The notes under the pieces were generated by a model, which saw only the letters and a program-made list of their open reading frames with translations, made no database searches and was not told the DNA's origin. Source: Octopus sinensis (lineage: Eukaryota). From it: a stretch of 64,000 nucleotides of DNA. The position numbers and the translations under genes were made by a program. The stretch is from NCBI RefSeq assembly GCF_006345805.1, contig NC_042997.1:136834001-136898000 (forward strand). Reading direction: 5' to 3'. Shown here in pieces: positions 1-11,940 of the stretch (its first letter is position 1; every line of letters starts with the position of its first letter).

Positions 1-71
1 AAATATTTTTTCATAAAAGGATGCCCCAGCTTGTCAGAAGCTGTGATATAAATTGGGAAAAAAATCCTCGA

Positions 72-625
72 CACCCCCCCCCCCTTCTGGTTTATTTACC
101 TTTTGTGTAAATTTGTTGCGGCAAGGGGCAAAACACAGAGGGGACAAAACATGGGATACAAAAGTATTAAGTCGATTCTATCGACACCAGTGCGAACTCA
201 CGAACGTGTATGTATGCTTGTGTGTGTATGTATATCTCCGTTTGTATGTGTATGTACGCTTATATATTAATTACTATGTGCTTGTGCAAATGTATATGCA
301 TGTGTTTGAGAGAGAGAGAGAGTGACAGAGAGTCTGTGTGTGTGCAAGAGTACGTGTGTATGTATCTGAATATATGTGTGTGTATGCGGCTTGCGTCTGC
401 TATGTTTCTTTATCAATATCGATAACGCAGCAAATGATTTGAGCTCAAATGCTGGGATTTCATTGGTTAAAATTCGAAGAATTAAACTACGTTAAACTTA
501 CAAATTACAATTTTGTTTTCAATTTTGTTTACAATAATGTTTTCTTTTGACACATTCTACCAGTATACGAAGTTTCAAATTGTTTAGTTAACTAGAAAAT
601 TCCGTCCATCAAAAGGAAAAGATAC
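72..625. mobile_element. Right part of a palindromic MITE (family A), ending in ...CCGTCCATCAAAAGGAAAAGAT
   Basis: Closely similar to 10933-11472, including the right terminal inverted repeat and the TG/GA microsatellite interior. Confidence 0.75.
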
Positions 626-681
626 GTTTTATTTACTTTGTTTAAAAAATTATTTATTTTGTATTTTATTTACTTTGCTTG

Positions 682-893
682 GTAGTTGTATGATCGACTA
701 GTCACAACTAGGTAGCGCGAGTACGCGCACCGGGACCACTCTTCTAAAATAGTACCCAAATTGATTTACTTTGTATGACTTGTAACATTCAATCATAGGT
801 TTCCATAAACAACAGATCGGTACTACTAGCGAACAGTGGTTCCGGTGCGCGCACTCGCTCTAGCTAGTCGTAAGTAGTCGATCCTACAACGAC
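682..893. repeat. GC-rich foldback element with ~75-bp imperfect inverted arms (probable small MITE)
   Basis: GTAGTTGTATGATCGACTAG...CACCGGGACCAC...TAGTACC pairs with GGTACTA...GTGGTTCCGGTG...TAGTCGATCCTACAACGAC. Confidence 0.75.
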
Positions 894-1694
894 TTTTTAA
901 CCCTTAGTTTGTTTATAAAAATAATATATTTACTTAGTTTAAAAAATTATTTACTTTGCATATTAACAATTACCAATATTGAATTTTGTACTAATAAATT
1001 GCCTTTGATTTTTTTTTTTGTTAAAATTCCAGCAACGAGGATTAACTGTTCGAAAAATATTTAATTTGTGTAAAAAATTTGTTTTAAAAAATAATTTATT
1101 TACTTAGAAGAGAAAGAAAACAGATAAATAATTAGAGAAATGTTGAAGTGATTCATCTTTATACAGAATGTTGTAAAAGTTTCAATGCCTCAATGGATTC
1201 TGATCCATGCAAACATAGACATTAAATGGATGACAGTGTTGATGTTGTAAGAATTGCAATGTTGGATTACTATGTCGTTTAACGATTCTCTTTATCTCAC
1301 TGCTTCTTTTTCTATTTCAGAATATCACATCATGTTGACGTAAAAGAAATTTCTTCATTTGGACATGCTTCTGATATTTTGATTGACTTTCATCAATTAA
1401 AGGAAGACCATATATTCATAAGGCACATTCATCAACACATCAACTTCTTTATACGAATAAAATCTTCAATGAATGATGGGAAAATAATTTTTCTGGACAA
1501 TGCAATTAACGGCAACATTTACTTGACTTCACTGTCTGGAATGTAGAGGAGATGATCAATTTACAGGTTAATTAACTTACTGGTTAATTAAGTTTACATC
1601 TTCTGTTTTGGGTATTAAGCAAGATCACAGATGAAAGAAACATAGCATTAAATATATTCATAGAAATGAAAACTTTATTATTGTTGTGATATGT

Positions 1695-2933
1695 ATGACA
1701 AATTATTCTCTCATAATGGAAAATTTCGCTAAACCAAAAACCCCTGATACAAGAGAGAAGCCACATCACTGTGATATCTGTGGTAAATCATTCACTTACA
1801 GAAGTGCTGTAACTGTACATAAACGTACTCATACAGGTGAGAAACCATATCAATGTGATATCTGTGATAAATCATTCTCTCGAAGTGGTCACTTGACTAG
1901 ACACAGACGTACACATACAGGAGAAAAGCCACATCGTTGTGAAATCTGTGGTAAATCAGTCTCTGAAAGTAGTAATTTGATTTATCACAAACGTACACAT
2001 ACTGGGGAAAAACCATATCGGTGTGATATCTGTGGTAAATCATTCTCTGTAAATAGCTCTTTGATTAATCACAAACCTTTTCATACAGGAGAGAAGCCAT
2101 ATCGTTGTGACATCTGTGATAAATCATTCTCTCAAAGTGGTCACTTGACTAGACACAGACGTACACATACAGGAGAGAAGCCATATCATTGCAAAATCTG
2201 TGGTAAATCATTCTCTTCTAATACTCATTTGATTTATCACAAACGTACACATACTGGGGAAAAACCATATCGCTGTGATATCTGTGGTAAATCGTTTTCT
2301 AGAAATAGCACTTTGATTAATCACAAACGTATTCATACAGGAGAGGAGCCATATCGTTGTGAAATCTGTGGTAAATCGTATTCTGGAAATAGCACTTTGA
2401 TTAATCACAAACGTATTCATACAGGAGAGCCATATCATTGTGACATCTGTGGTAAATCGTTTTCTGGAAATAGTAAATTGACTAATCATAAACGTATTCA
2501 TACTGGGGAAAAACCATATCAGTGTGATATCTGTGGTAAATCATTTTCTGAAAATAGCCCTTTAACCAGACACCTACGTATTCATACAGGAGAGAAGCCA
2601 TATCGTTGTAATATCTGTGGTGAATCATTCACTTTTGATACTCAGTTGACTATTCACAAATGTGTTCATACAGGAGAAAAACCATATCATTGTGACATCT
2701 GTGGTAAATCTTTCTCTCGAAGTGGGGACTTCACCAAACACAAATATACACATACAGGAGAGAAGCCATATCGTTGCGAAATCTGTGGTAAATCATTCTC
2801 TCGTAATAGTAACTTGATTAGTCACAATCGTATTCATACTGGGGAAAAACTATATCATTGTGATGTCTGTGGTAAATGTTTCTCTCAAAAACGCCACTTA
2901 AGTACACATGTGAGTATTCATACACGGGTGTAA
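1695..2933 (+). CDS. C2H2 (Kruppel-type) zinc-finger protein with 14 tandem fingers and no effector domain visible; ATG at 1695 or 1716
   Basis: Uninterrupted ORF with 14 CxxC-x12-HxxxH units and TGEKP linkers, stop TAA at 2931-2933; candidate upstream splice acceptor tttctatttcag ending at 1320. Confidence 0.93.
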   Translation: MTNYSLIMENFAKPKTPDTREKPHHCDICGKSFTYRSAVTVHKRTHTGEKPYQCDICDKSFSRSGHLTRHRRTHTGEKPHRCEICGKSVSESSNLIYHKRTHTGEKPYRCDICGKSFSVNSSLINHKPFHTGEKPYRCDICDKSFSQSGHLTRHRRTHTGEKPYHCKICGKSFSSNTHLIYHKRTHTGEKPYRCDICGKSFSRNSTLINHKRIHTGEEPYRCEICGKSYSGNSTLINHKRIHTGEPYHCDICGKSFSGNSKLTNHKRIHTGEKPYQCDICGKSFSENSPLTRHLRIHTGEKPYRCNICGESFTFDTQLTIHKCVHTGEKPYHCDICGKSFSRSGDFTKHKYTHTGEKPYRCEICGKSFSRNSNLISHNRIHTGEKLYHCDVCGKCFSQKRHLSTHVSIHTRV

Positions 2934-3041
2934 CTATATCAGTATTAAAATTTATTACAACAGGACAACAATTATGAATATTTTGTCTGTTAAAAGACTG
3001 GATTTATTCCTATTCAAGCTTGTCCATATCAACTTTAATTT

Positions 3042-3290
3042 CATCATCATATAATCATCATCGTTTAACGTCCGTTTTCCGTGCTAGCACGGGTTGGACG
3101 GTTCGACCGGGGTCTGGGAAGCCAGGAGGCTGCACCAGGCTCCAGTGTGATCTGGCAGTGTTTCTACAGCTGGATGCCCTTCCTAACGCCAACCATTCCA
3201 TGAGTAGTGGGTGCTTTTTATGTGGCACAGGTGCCAGTGGAGGCTGGCAGCTGCCACGATCGGTTGGTGCTTTTTATGTGCCATCATTAG
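3042..3290 (-). mobile_element. Short RTE-LINE 3'-end copy with (GAT)n tail, downstream of the first zinc-finger ORF
   Basis: CATCATCGTTTAACGTCCG...GGATGCCCTTCCTAACGCCAACC matches the 3' UTR of the RTE at 51821-53340. Confidence 0.85.
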
Positions 3291-3695
3291 CAATTTGATA
3301 TTAATGAACCCCAACTTCAATATCATTTATATATCTAAATACATCAACACAGAGATGACTTTGATTTCTGAAGATGATTGTGCTGGATTTTTGAGGAATT
3401 TGTTTTGAGAGAATAATGGAATAAAAGTTTTAAGTGACATTGATTTTGTCTTTGTTGTGTTTTCATCATCAACATCATCTTCATCTAATGTCCATTTTTA
3501 TGCAGGCTTAGGTGATCAAGTGTGACAGGAGCCGTCATATCAGAGTGCTGCTCCAGGTTCCAGTCAGATTTGGCTTGGTTTCTATGGCCTTATGCCCCTA
3601 AGCTTCATAGTATGTTTTATAAATATGCTTGTCCCAGTATCATAATAGCATGAAACTTATAGTAGCTCTTTCAGTTTTGTATTTAATTTGATATA

Positions 3696-4727
3696 TTAGG
3701 TTGAGTAAAAAGTAAGCAACGTTTTGAACCATGAAGAATTTGTACCAGGTTTTTGCAGAGTTTTGAATTTTTTTAAAGTCTTTTTGAAATTGTCTGTTAA
3801 TACAAACATATACAGGCGCAGGAGTGGCTGTGTGCTAAGTAGCTTGTTTACCAACCACATGGTTCCGGGTTCAGTCCCACTGCGTGGCACCTTGAGCAAG
3901 TGTCTTCTACTATAGCCTCGGGCTGACCGAAGCCTTGTGAGTGGATTTGGTAGACGGAAACTGAAAAGAAGCCCGTCGTATATATATATATATGTGTGTG
4001 TTTGTCCCCCTATCATTGCTTGACAACCGATGCTGGTGTGTTTATATCTCCGTTACTTAGCGGTTTGGCAAAAGAGACCAATAGAATATGTTGTGGGCTT
4101 ACAAAAGAATAAGTCCCAGGGTCGAGTTGCCCGATTAAAGGCAGTGCTCCAGCATGGCCACAGTCAAATGACTGAAACAAGTAAAAGAGTAATAGACTTG
4201 TCCAAATGCACCAATAAATTAACATTGGTATTTTTTTCACTGTTAGAATAATCTGAAATGGAACTGTGAAAGAGTGATATTCGAGCAATTTTGTTATTCA
4301 ACTTCAAAAAAGGACGTAAAGCAGCTGAAACTGCTCACAATATCAACAAAACATTTGGTGAGGAAATGAGCAATGAGTGGTCAGATTGAAAATGGTTTAA
4401 ATAATTTCACGGTGGAGACTTGAGCCATAAAGATCGTGAGCATAGTGGATGTCCATCTGTTATCAATTAAAGACGGTCATTGAGAGAGATCCACGTGAAA
4501 CCACTCAAGGAATGGCAAAAGAACTACAAGGTAGAAAACTACCTGTAGCCATTTGCATGTAATTGAAAAGTCAAAAAGCTTGACAAATGGATATCACATG
4601 ATTTGAATGAAAATCAGAAAATGCATAGATATCAAATTTGCTCATCACTTCTCTGTAAACAAGGTGATCCATCTCTCGACCATACTGTAACTTCTGATGA
4701 AAGGTGGATTCTGTACAATAAAAAATT
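3696..4727 (+). mobile_element. Decayed mariner (Hsmar1-like) 5' part, interrupted by a SINE and truncated by a MITE
   Basis: TA-TTAGGTTGAGTAAAAAGTAA resembles the mariner TIR; translation IRAILLFNFKKGRKAAETAHNINKTFG...KWFK and TVTSDERWILYN with stops and frameshifts. Confidence 0.8.
3814..4192 (+). mobile_element. tRNA-derived SINE (family 1)
   Basis: A/B-box-like head (TGGCTGTGTGCTAAG...GGTTCAGTCCC), internal TA/TG microsatellite, CCAGCATGGCCACAGTCAAATGACTGAAAC tail; other copies at 14530 and 32403. Confidence 0.88.
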
Positions 4728-5220
4728 GGATCTTTTCGGTTTGAACGGCAGTTTTTTCTAGCGGTGTCATATGAAATTGTCACCCATAATTATGACCCTA
4801 GTATCCATCTATTGCATTTCAATCTATTTTAGGGTTAGGGGTGGGGGGAAGGGTATCTTTTTTTCTTCACAAATGTAAATAAACCCAATCTGTTTCTTAA
4901 ACGAGGGACATATTCATACAGCACAGAATGTTTTCACCTCAATAGGCGTCATTGATTGGTTGAAATTGAAGAAAAAAACAATAAATATCTTACAAACTAT
5001 AGAATTTTCTCAATAAAGCCAAGAGAAAAAGATGTTTTATAAACTAAAAACATTTTTTTCTCTTGGCTTTCTTGAGAAAATTGTAATTTGTAAGTTTAAT
5101 GTAGTTTAATTTTTCGAATTTTAACCAATCCTATGCTCTCTTTTGAGCTAAAATCATTTGCTGTGTCTAAAACTGAGACAACATCCTGTCACTAACCCTA
5201 AACCTAACCCTAAATTTTAG
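4728..5220. mobile_element. MITE family B (TIR GGATCTTTTCGGTTTGAACGGCAG) fused to a family-A-like arm; contains TTAGGG/TAACCC motifs
   Basis: Matches 10128-10340 in reverse and 11472-11756 forward. Confidence 0.75.
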
Positions 5221-5436
5221 CCTTTCGTTTTTTTTTTCCTTGGATGAAACAGTATCTAGCACTCTGTGTTTTAGTTTATCCAATCAACTGAACAACCTGT
5301 TTCTGGAATTAACGTGCAAATGGCTGAGTACTCCACAGACCCTTAACATAGTCCTCAGGGAGATTCAGCTTGAGACAGGGTGTGGCAAGCATGGCCCATT
5401 CAATTACAGCTTAAACTCATTTTTGCCACCTGAAGC

Positions 5437-5690
5437 ATCATCATCATCATCGTTTAACGTCCGCTTTCCATGCTAGCATGGGTTGGACGGTTCAACTGGG
5501 GTCTGGGAAGCCAGGAGGCTGCACCAGGCTCCAGTCTGATCTGGCAGTGTTTCTACAGCTGGATGCTCTTCCTAACGCCAACCACTCCGTGAGTGTAGTG
5601 GGTGCTTTTTACGTGCCACCCGCACAGGTGCCAGACGAGGCTGGCAAATGGCCACGATCAGATGGTGCTTTTTACGTGCCACCGGCACAA
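5437..5690 (-). mobile_element. Short RTE 3'-end copy
   Basis: (CAT)n followed by CGTTTAACGTCCGCTTTCCATGCTAGCATGG and two GGTGCTTTTTACGTGCCACC boxes. Confidence 0.88.
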
Positions 5691-5999
5691 AATAAAGTGC
5701 CTTGGTAACACAATGTGCCACTGGGTGTTGAAATCACAGCCTTCCAATTGTTAGGCAAATACCCTACCCTCTAAGCTATGTCACTTCACATTTTAACAAG
5801 TGAAAGGAGAAAAAAGAAAGAAAAATGTAAAAATGAGATAAATTATTAAAGAAACATAGAAATGCCTCAATGGATTCTGACCCATGCAAACGTAGACATT
5901 AAGTGGATGACAGTGTTGATGTTGTAAGATTTGTGATGTTGAATTACTATGTCGGTTAATGATTCTCTTTATCTCACGGCTTCTTTTTTTCTATTTCAG

Positions 6000-6555
6000 A
6001 ATATCACATCATGTTGACGTTAAAGAAATCTCTTCATTTAGACATGCCTCTGGTATTTTGATTGACTTTCATCAATTAGAGGAAGACCATATATTTATAA
6101 GGCACATTCATCAACGCATCAAACTCTTTATATAAATGAAATCTTCAACAAACGATGGGAAAATATTTCTTCTATGATGGAATTAACGGCAACATTTACT
6201 TGCCTTCACTGTTTGGAATGTAGAGAAGGTGATTGCTTGGTTAATTAAGCTTGGATATATTTACAAAAGTTTTAACTGTTTACATCTGCCGTTTTAGATA
6301 TTAAGCAAGAACACAGATGAAAGAAACACTGTGTTAAATTATTCTCTGAAAATACTGACACAACTGAACACAGATATATTCATAGAATTGAAAAATCATT
6401 ATCATTGTGATACGTATGAGAAATTATTATCTTCTAATGAATAATTTAAGAAAACCAAACAAACCTGATTCAGGTGAGAGGCCATATCATTGTGATATCT
6501 GTGGTAAATCATTCACTGAAGAAAGAGTCTTAACCAAACACAAGTGCATTGCTAC
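6000..6555 (+). pseudogene. Duplicated zinc-finger leader module ending in a single finger ([19 protein letters not shown])
   Basis: Paralogous to 1321-1800, with the same acceptor tctatttcag|aatatcacatcatg; the leader is repeated again at ~6575-6960. Confidence 0.7.
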
Positions 6556-7549
6556 AAATGCATTGTTGACATAAGACAAGTTTCTTTGATCAGATGTGCT
6601 TTTGATATTTTTGTCAATTTTATCAACTAAAGAAAGATGGTTTATTTATAAGGACCATTCACCAATACATCAACTTAAATAAAATATAATCTATGAAAAA
6701 CAACAGGAATATATTTCTTCTGGATGATGGAATTGACAACAACATCACTTTACAGGTTAATTAAGCTTGGATAACTTTCTGAAGGAATTGACTATTTATA
6801 TCTTCTGTTCTAAATATGAAGTAAGATCACAAATGAAAAAACCATAGCCTCAAATTATTCTCTGAAAATAGTGACACAACTAAACAGAAACATATTCATA
6901 GAAATAAAGAAAACAATATCATTGTGATATGTGTGACAAATTATTCTTTCATAATGAATAATTTAACTGAACAAATACACTCTCACACAGGAGAGAAGCT
7001 ATATCGTTGTATTATCTGTGGTAAATCATTCTCTAAAAGTGGTGACTTGACTAAACACAAACGTGTTCATACAGGAGAGAAGCCATATCATTGCAAAATC
7101 TGTGATAAATCATTCACTGAATCCAGTAACTTGAAAACACACAAACGTATTCATACAGGGGAGAAGCCATATCCATGTGGTATCTGTGGTAAATCACTTT
7201 CCCAAAGTGGGAGCTTGACTAAACACAAACGTACACATACAGGAGAGAAGCCTTATCATTGCGATATCTGTGGTAAAGCATTCGCTGAATCCTATAGCTT
7301 GAAAACGCACAAACATATTCATACAGGAGAGAAGCCATTCAGCTGTGAAATATGTGGTAAATCAGTTTCTGAAGCCAATCACTTGAAAAAACACAAACGC
7401 ATTCATACAGGTGAGAAGCCATATCAGTGTGATATCTGTGGTAAATCATTCCTTGAAAACAGATGCTTGACTAAACACAAACATATTCATACTGGAGAAA
7501 AACCATATCACTGTGATATCTGTGGTAAATCATTTTCTGAAAATAATGC

Positions 7550-8281
<732 letters not shown>

Positions 8282-8429
8282 TAGTGTGATATCTGTAATA
8301 AATCTTTCATTAGATGTTTTCAGTTAACTACACATAAGCGAGTTCATACAAGAGAGAAGCCATATCAGTGCAACATCTGTGGTGAGTCTTTCTCTCACAG
8401 AGCTAGCATAACTATACATAAGCGTAGTC

Positions 8430-9140
8430 GCCAACCCCCCATGCTTGCGAAGACATGTTGGGGCAAGCGAAACCGAATTGAACCAGCCAGGATCCCTGGC
8501 CTGGTGGTACGTAAAAAGCACTATCCGACTCGTGGCCGTGGCACGTAAAATACTCCAATGCGACCGTACGGCAGGCACCCATGCCAACCCCCTTTGCTTG
8601 TGAAGACATGTTGGGGCAAGCGAAATCGAAATCGAATTGAACCAGCCAGGATCCCTGGTCTGGTGGTACGTAAAAAGCACTATCCGACTCGTGGCCGTGG
8701 CACGTAAAATACTCCAATGCGACCGTACGACAGGCGCCCATGCCAACCCCCTTTGCTTGTGAAGACATGTTGGGGCAATCGAAATCGAAATCGAATTGAA
8801 CCAGCCAGGATCCCTGGTCTGGTGGTACGTAAAAAGCGCTATCCGACTCGTGGCCGATGCCAGCACCGCCTCGACTGGCTTCCATGCCGGTGGCACATAA
8901 AATACACCAATCTGACCGTGGCCGTTGCCAGCCTCGCCTGGCACCTGTGCAGGTGGCACGTAAAAAGCACCCACTACACTCACGGAGTGGTTGGCGTTAG
9001 GAAGGGCATCCAGCTGTAGAAACATTGCCAGATTAGACTGGAGCCTGGTGCAGCCTTCTGGCTTCCCAGAACCCCGGTCGAACCGTCCAAACCATGCTAG
9101 CATGGAGAACGGACGTTAAACGATGATGATGATGATGATG
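8430..9140 (+). mobile_element. Second, near-identical RTE 3'-UTR-derived retroposon (one partial plus two full 159-bp units)
   Basis: Inserted in the His codon C|AT of finger 10; (GAT)n tail; no clear TSD. Confidence 0.9.
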
Positions 9141-9640
9141 ATACTGGAGAGAAACCATACCAGTGTGATATCTGTAGTAAATCATTTTATCAAAGTGGTG
9201 ACTTAACTAGACACCAACGCATTCATGCAAGAGGGAAGCCGTATCATTGTGATATCTGTGGTAAATCATTCTCTCAAAAACGCCACTTAAGTACACATGT
9301 GAGTATTCATACACGGGTGTAACTATATCAGTATTAAAATTTATTACAACAGGACAACAATTATGAATATTTTGTCTGCTAAAAGACAGGGTTTATCCCT
9401 CTTCAAGCTTGATGTTATCGACTTCAATTCCATCACTGTCAATATGAAATTCATGAATATGAACCTCAGTATCATGTATGTGTCTAACTAAATATATTTA
9501 AAACAGTGATGATTTGTGAAGAAGATGGTGCTGGATTTTTGAGGAATTTCTTACGAGAGAATACAGGAATGGGAAAAATGAATACAAGCTTTAAGAGACA
9601 TTGAGTTTGTCTTTGTGTTTTCATCATCATCCTCATCCAC

Positions 9641-9775
9641 TCTCAAAGTGGTGATTTGACTAAACGCAAAGCTACACATACAGGAGAGAAGCCATATCAT
9701 TGTGATATCTGTGGTGAGTCATTCTCTGAAAAACGCCACTTAAGTACACATGTGAGTATTCATACACAAGTGTAA
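9641..9775 (+). pseudogene. Orphan terminal zinc-finger module (half finger plus [24 protein letters not shown]), followed by a third copy of the 3' UTR
   Basis: Paralogous to 2840-3040 and 9190-9630. Confidence 0.8.
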
Positions 9776-10127
9776 CTGTATCAGTATTAAAATTTATTAC
9801 ACCATGACAACAATTATGAATATTTTGTCTGCTAAAAGACAGGGTTTATTCCTCTTCAAGCTTGACATTATCAACTTCAGTTTCTTGGATGTCAACATGA
9901 AATTCATGAATCACAACTTCAATATCATTTATATACCTAAATATATCAACACAGAGATGACTTTGATTTCTGAAGATGATTGTGCTAGATTTTTGAGGAA
10001 TTTGTTATGAGAGAATAAAGGAATGGAAATAAGGAATAAAAGTTTTAAGTGACATTGATTTTGTCTTTGTTGTGTTTTCATCATCATCATCATCATCATT
10101 CTTTAGCATCCATCTTCTATTAAGGTG

Positions 10128-10340
10128 AAAACATTCTGTGCCATATGAATATGTCCCTTGTTTAAGAAACAGATTGGGTTTATTTACATTTGTGAAGAAA
10201 AAAAGATACCCTTCCCCGCACCCCTAACCCTAACCCTAAAACAGATTGAAATGCAATAGATCGATACTAGGGTCATAATTATGGGTGACAATTTCATATG
10301 ACACCGCTAGAAAAAACTGCCGGTCAAACTGAAAAGATCC
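10128..10340. mobile_element. MITE family B, inverted partial copy with (TAACCC) repeats
   Basis: Reverse complement of 4728-4930, ending GAAAAGATCC. Confidence 0.78.
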
Positions 10341-10364
10341 GGAAGGACAATGATTGAAAAGGAG

Positions 10365-10445
10365 AGGAAATGACGTTAGGGAAAGGACCGGAAGTGCGAA
10401 GGCATGACGTCACGTCAGGAAGCCACATGTTGATGACGTCTTCTG
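10365..10445. promoter_or_regulatory. CpG-rich motif cluster: ETS-type CCGGAAGTG, full CRE TGACGTCA and further TGACGT half-sites
   Basis: CCGGAAGTG at 10388-10396, TGACGTCA at 10405-10412; function is inferred only. Confidence 0.4.
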
Positions 10446-10550
10446 TATTACGGGGTCAAATCGTGCATTGGAAACGGTTGTAGAGAATATGAGAATGCAC
10501 TTCGTTATAATAATCTGGTGATAATTTGAAAGAACTTGAAGGTGAAATTG

Positions 10551-11472
10551 GGATCTTTTCCTTTTGATGGACGGAATTTTCTAGTTAACTAAACAATTTG
10601 AAACTTCATATACTGGTAGAATGTGTCAAAATAAAACATTATTTTCACTTGGCTTTTTTGAGAAAATTGTAATTTGTAAGTTTAACGTAGTTTAATTCTT
10701 CGAATTTTAACCAATGAAATGCCAGCATTTGAGCTCAAATCATTTGCTGTGTCACACACGTGTTATTCATCCTTCTCTCTTCTGTCTGTCTCGCTCATCG
10801 ATATTGATAAACAAAGGAGGAGATGCATGCTGCATACACACACACACATATTCAGATACACACGTACACTTGCACACACACACTCTCTCTCTCTCAAATA
10901 CAATTTATCGACCCCGAAACGATGAAACATTGACCCCCCACTTCTGGTTTATTTACCTTTTGTGTAAATTTGTTGCGGCAAGGGGCAAAACACAGAGGGG
11001 ACAAAGCATGAGATACAAAAGTATGAAGTTGATTCTATTGACACCAGTGCGAACTCACGGACGTGTATGTATGCTGGTGTGTGTATGTATATCTCCGTTT
11101 GTACGTGTGTGTACGCTTATATATTAATTACTATGTGCTTGTGCAAATGTATATGCATGTGTTTGAAAGAGAGAGAGATAGTGACAGAGAGTGTGTGTGT
11201 GTGCAAGTGTACGTGTGTATGTATCTGAATATATGTGTGTGTGTATGCGGCTTGCATCTGCTGTTTCTTTATCAATATCGATAACGCAGCAAATGATTTG
11301 AGCTCAAATGCTGGGATTTCATTGGTTAAAATTCGAAGAATTAAACTACGTTAAACTTACAAATTACAATTTTGTTTACAATAATGCTTTCTTTTGACAC
11401 ATTCTACCAGTATACGAAGTTTCAAATTGTTTAGTTAACTAGAAAATTCCGTCCATCAAAAGGAAAAGATCT
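10551..11472. mobile_element. Complete palindromic MITE family A with ~200-bp TIRs (GGATCTTTTCCTTTTGATGGACGG...)
   Basis: 10551-10750 is the near reverse complement of 11287-11472; second copy at 72-625. Confidence 0.85.
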
Positions 11473-11756
11473 ATCTTTTTTTCTTCACAAATGCAAATAA
11501 ACCCAATCTGTTTCTTAAACGAGGGACATATTCATACGGCACAGAATGTATTTTACCTCAGTGGACGTCATTGATTGGTTGAAATTGCAGAAATTGAAGA
11601 AAAAAAACAACAAATATCTTACAAACTATAGAATTTTCTCAATAAAGCCAAGAGAAAAAGATGTTTTATAAACACATTCTACTAGTATACGAAGTTTAAA
11701 ATTTTTTAGTTACCTAAAAATTATGTTAAAAACTGCCGTTCAAACCGAAAAGATCC
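11472..11756. mobile_element. MITE family B, right part ending CTGCCGTTCAAACCGAAAAGATCC
   Basis: Matches 4853-5045; its end is the reverse complement of the TIR at 4728. Confidence 0.78.
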
Positions 11757-11794
11757 TAGAAGTGCACAAAATACAACAATAGGGACATAAGTGA

Positions 11795-11910
11795 AGTAAA
11801 ATGGCTGCAATTGGGAATCGAAACTAAATTGCAGGCTCGTTTGCCCGGAAATCACGTTGACCATTCCTAAGATGGCGGCAATTTGAACGTGTTTTTCTCA
11901 AGATAAGAAA
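11795..11910 (+). promoter_or_regulatory. Probable SPIDR core promoter/5' UTR with YY1-type (AAGATGGCGGC, AAAATGGCTGC) and ETS-type (CCGGAAA) motifs
   Basis: Motifs typical of housekeeping promoters lie immediately upstream of an ATG and a GTATGT donor. Confidence 0.55.
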
Positions 11911-11940
11911 ATGTCATGTCACAAATCAAAAACATTGATG
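11911..11940 (+). CDS. SPIDR: SPIDR exon 1 (MSCHKSKTLM), tentative
   Basis: aaaATG context, GTATGT donor, phase 0 matches exon 2. Confidence 0.55.

Noticed and set aside
3814-3890. tRNA gene
   Set aside because: A/B boxes continue into a SINE body present in several copies; no complete cloverleaf
8282-8284. TAG rescued by A-to-I editing to Trp
   Set aside because: Simplest origin is CAG to TAG, and the frame is already terminated upstream by the first insertion
10224-10240. Interstitial telomere or chromosome fusion site
   Set aside because: Only 2-3 TAACCC units, embedded in a dispersed MITE
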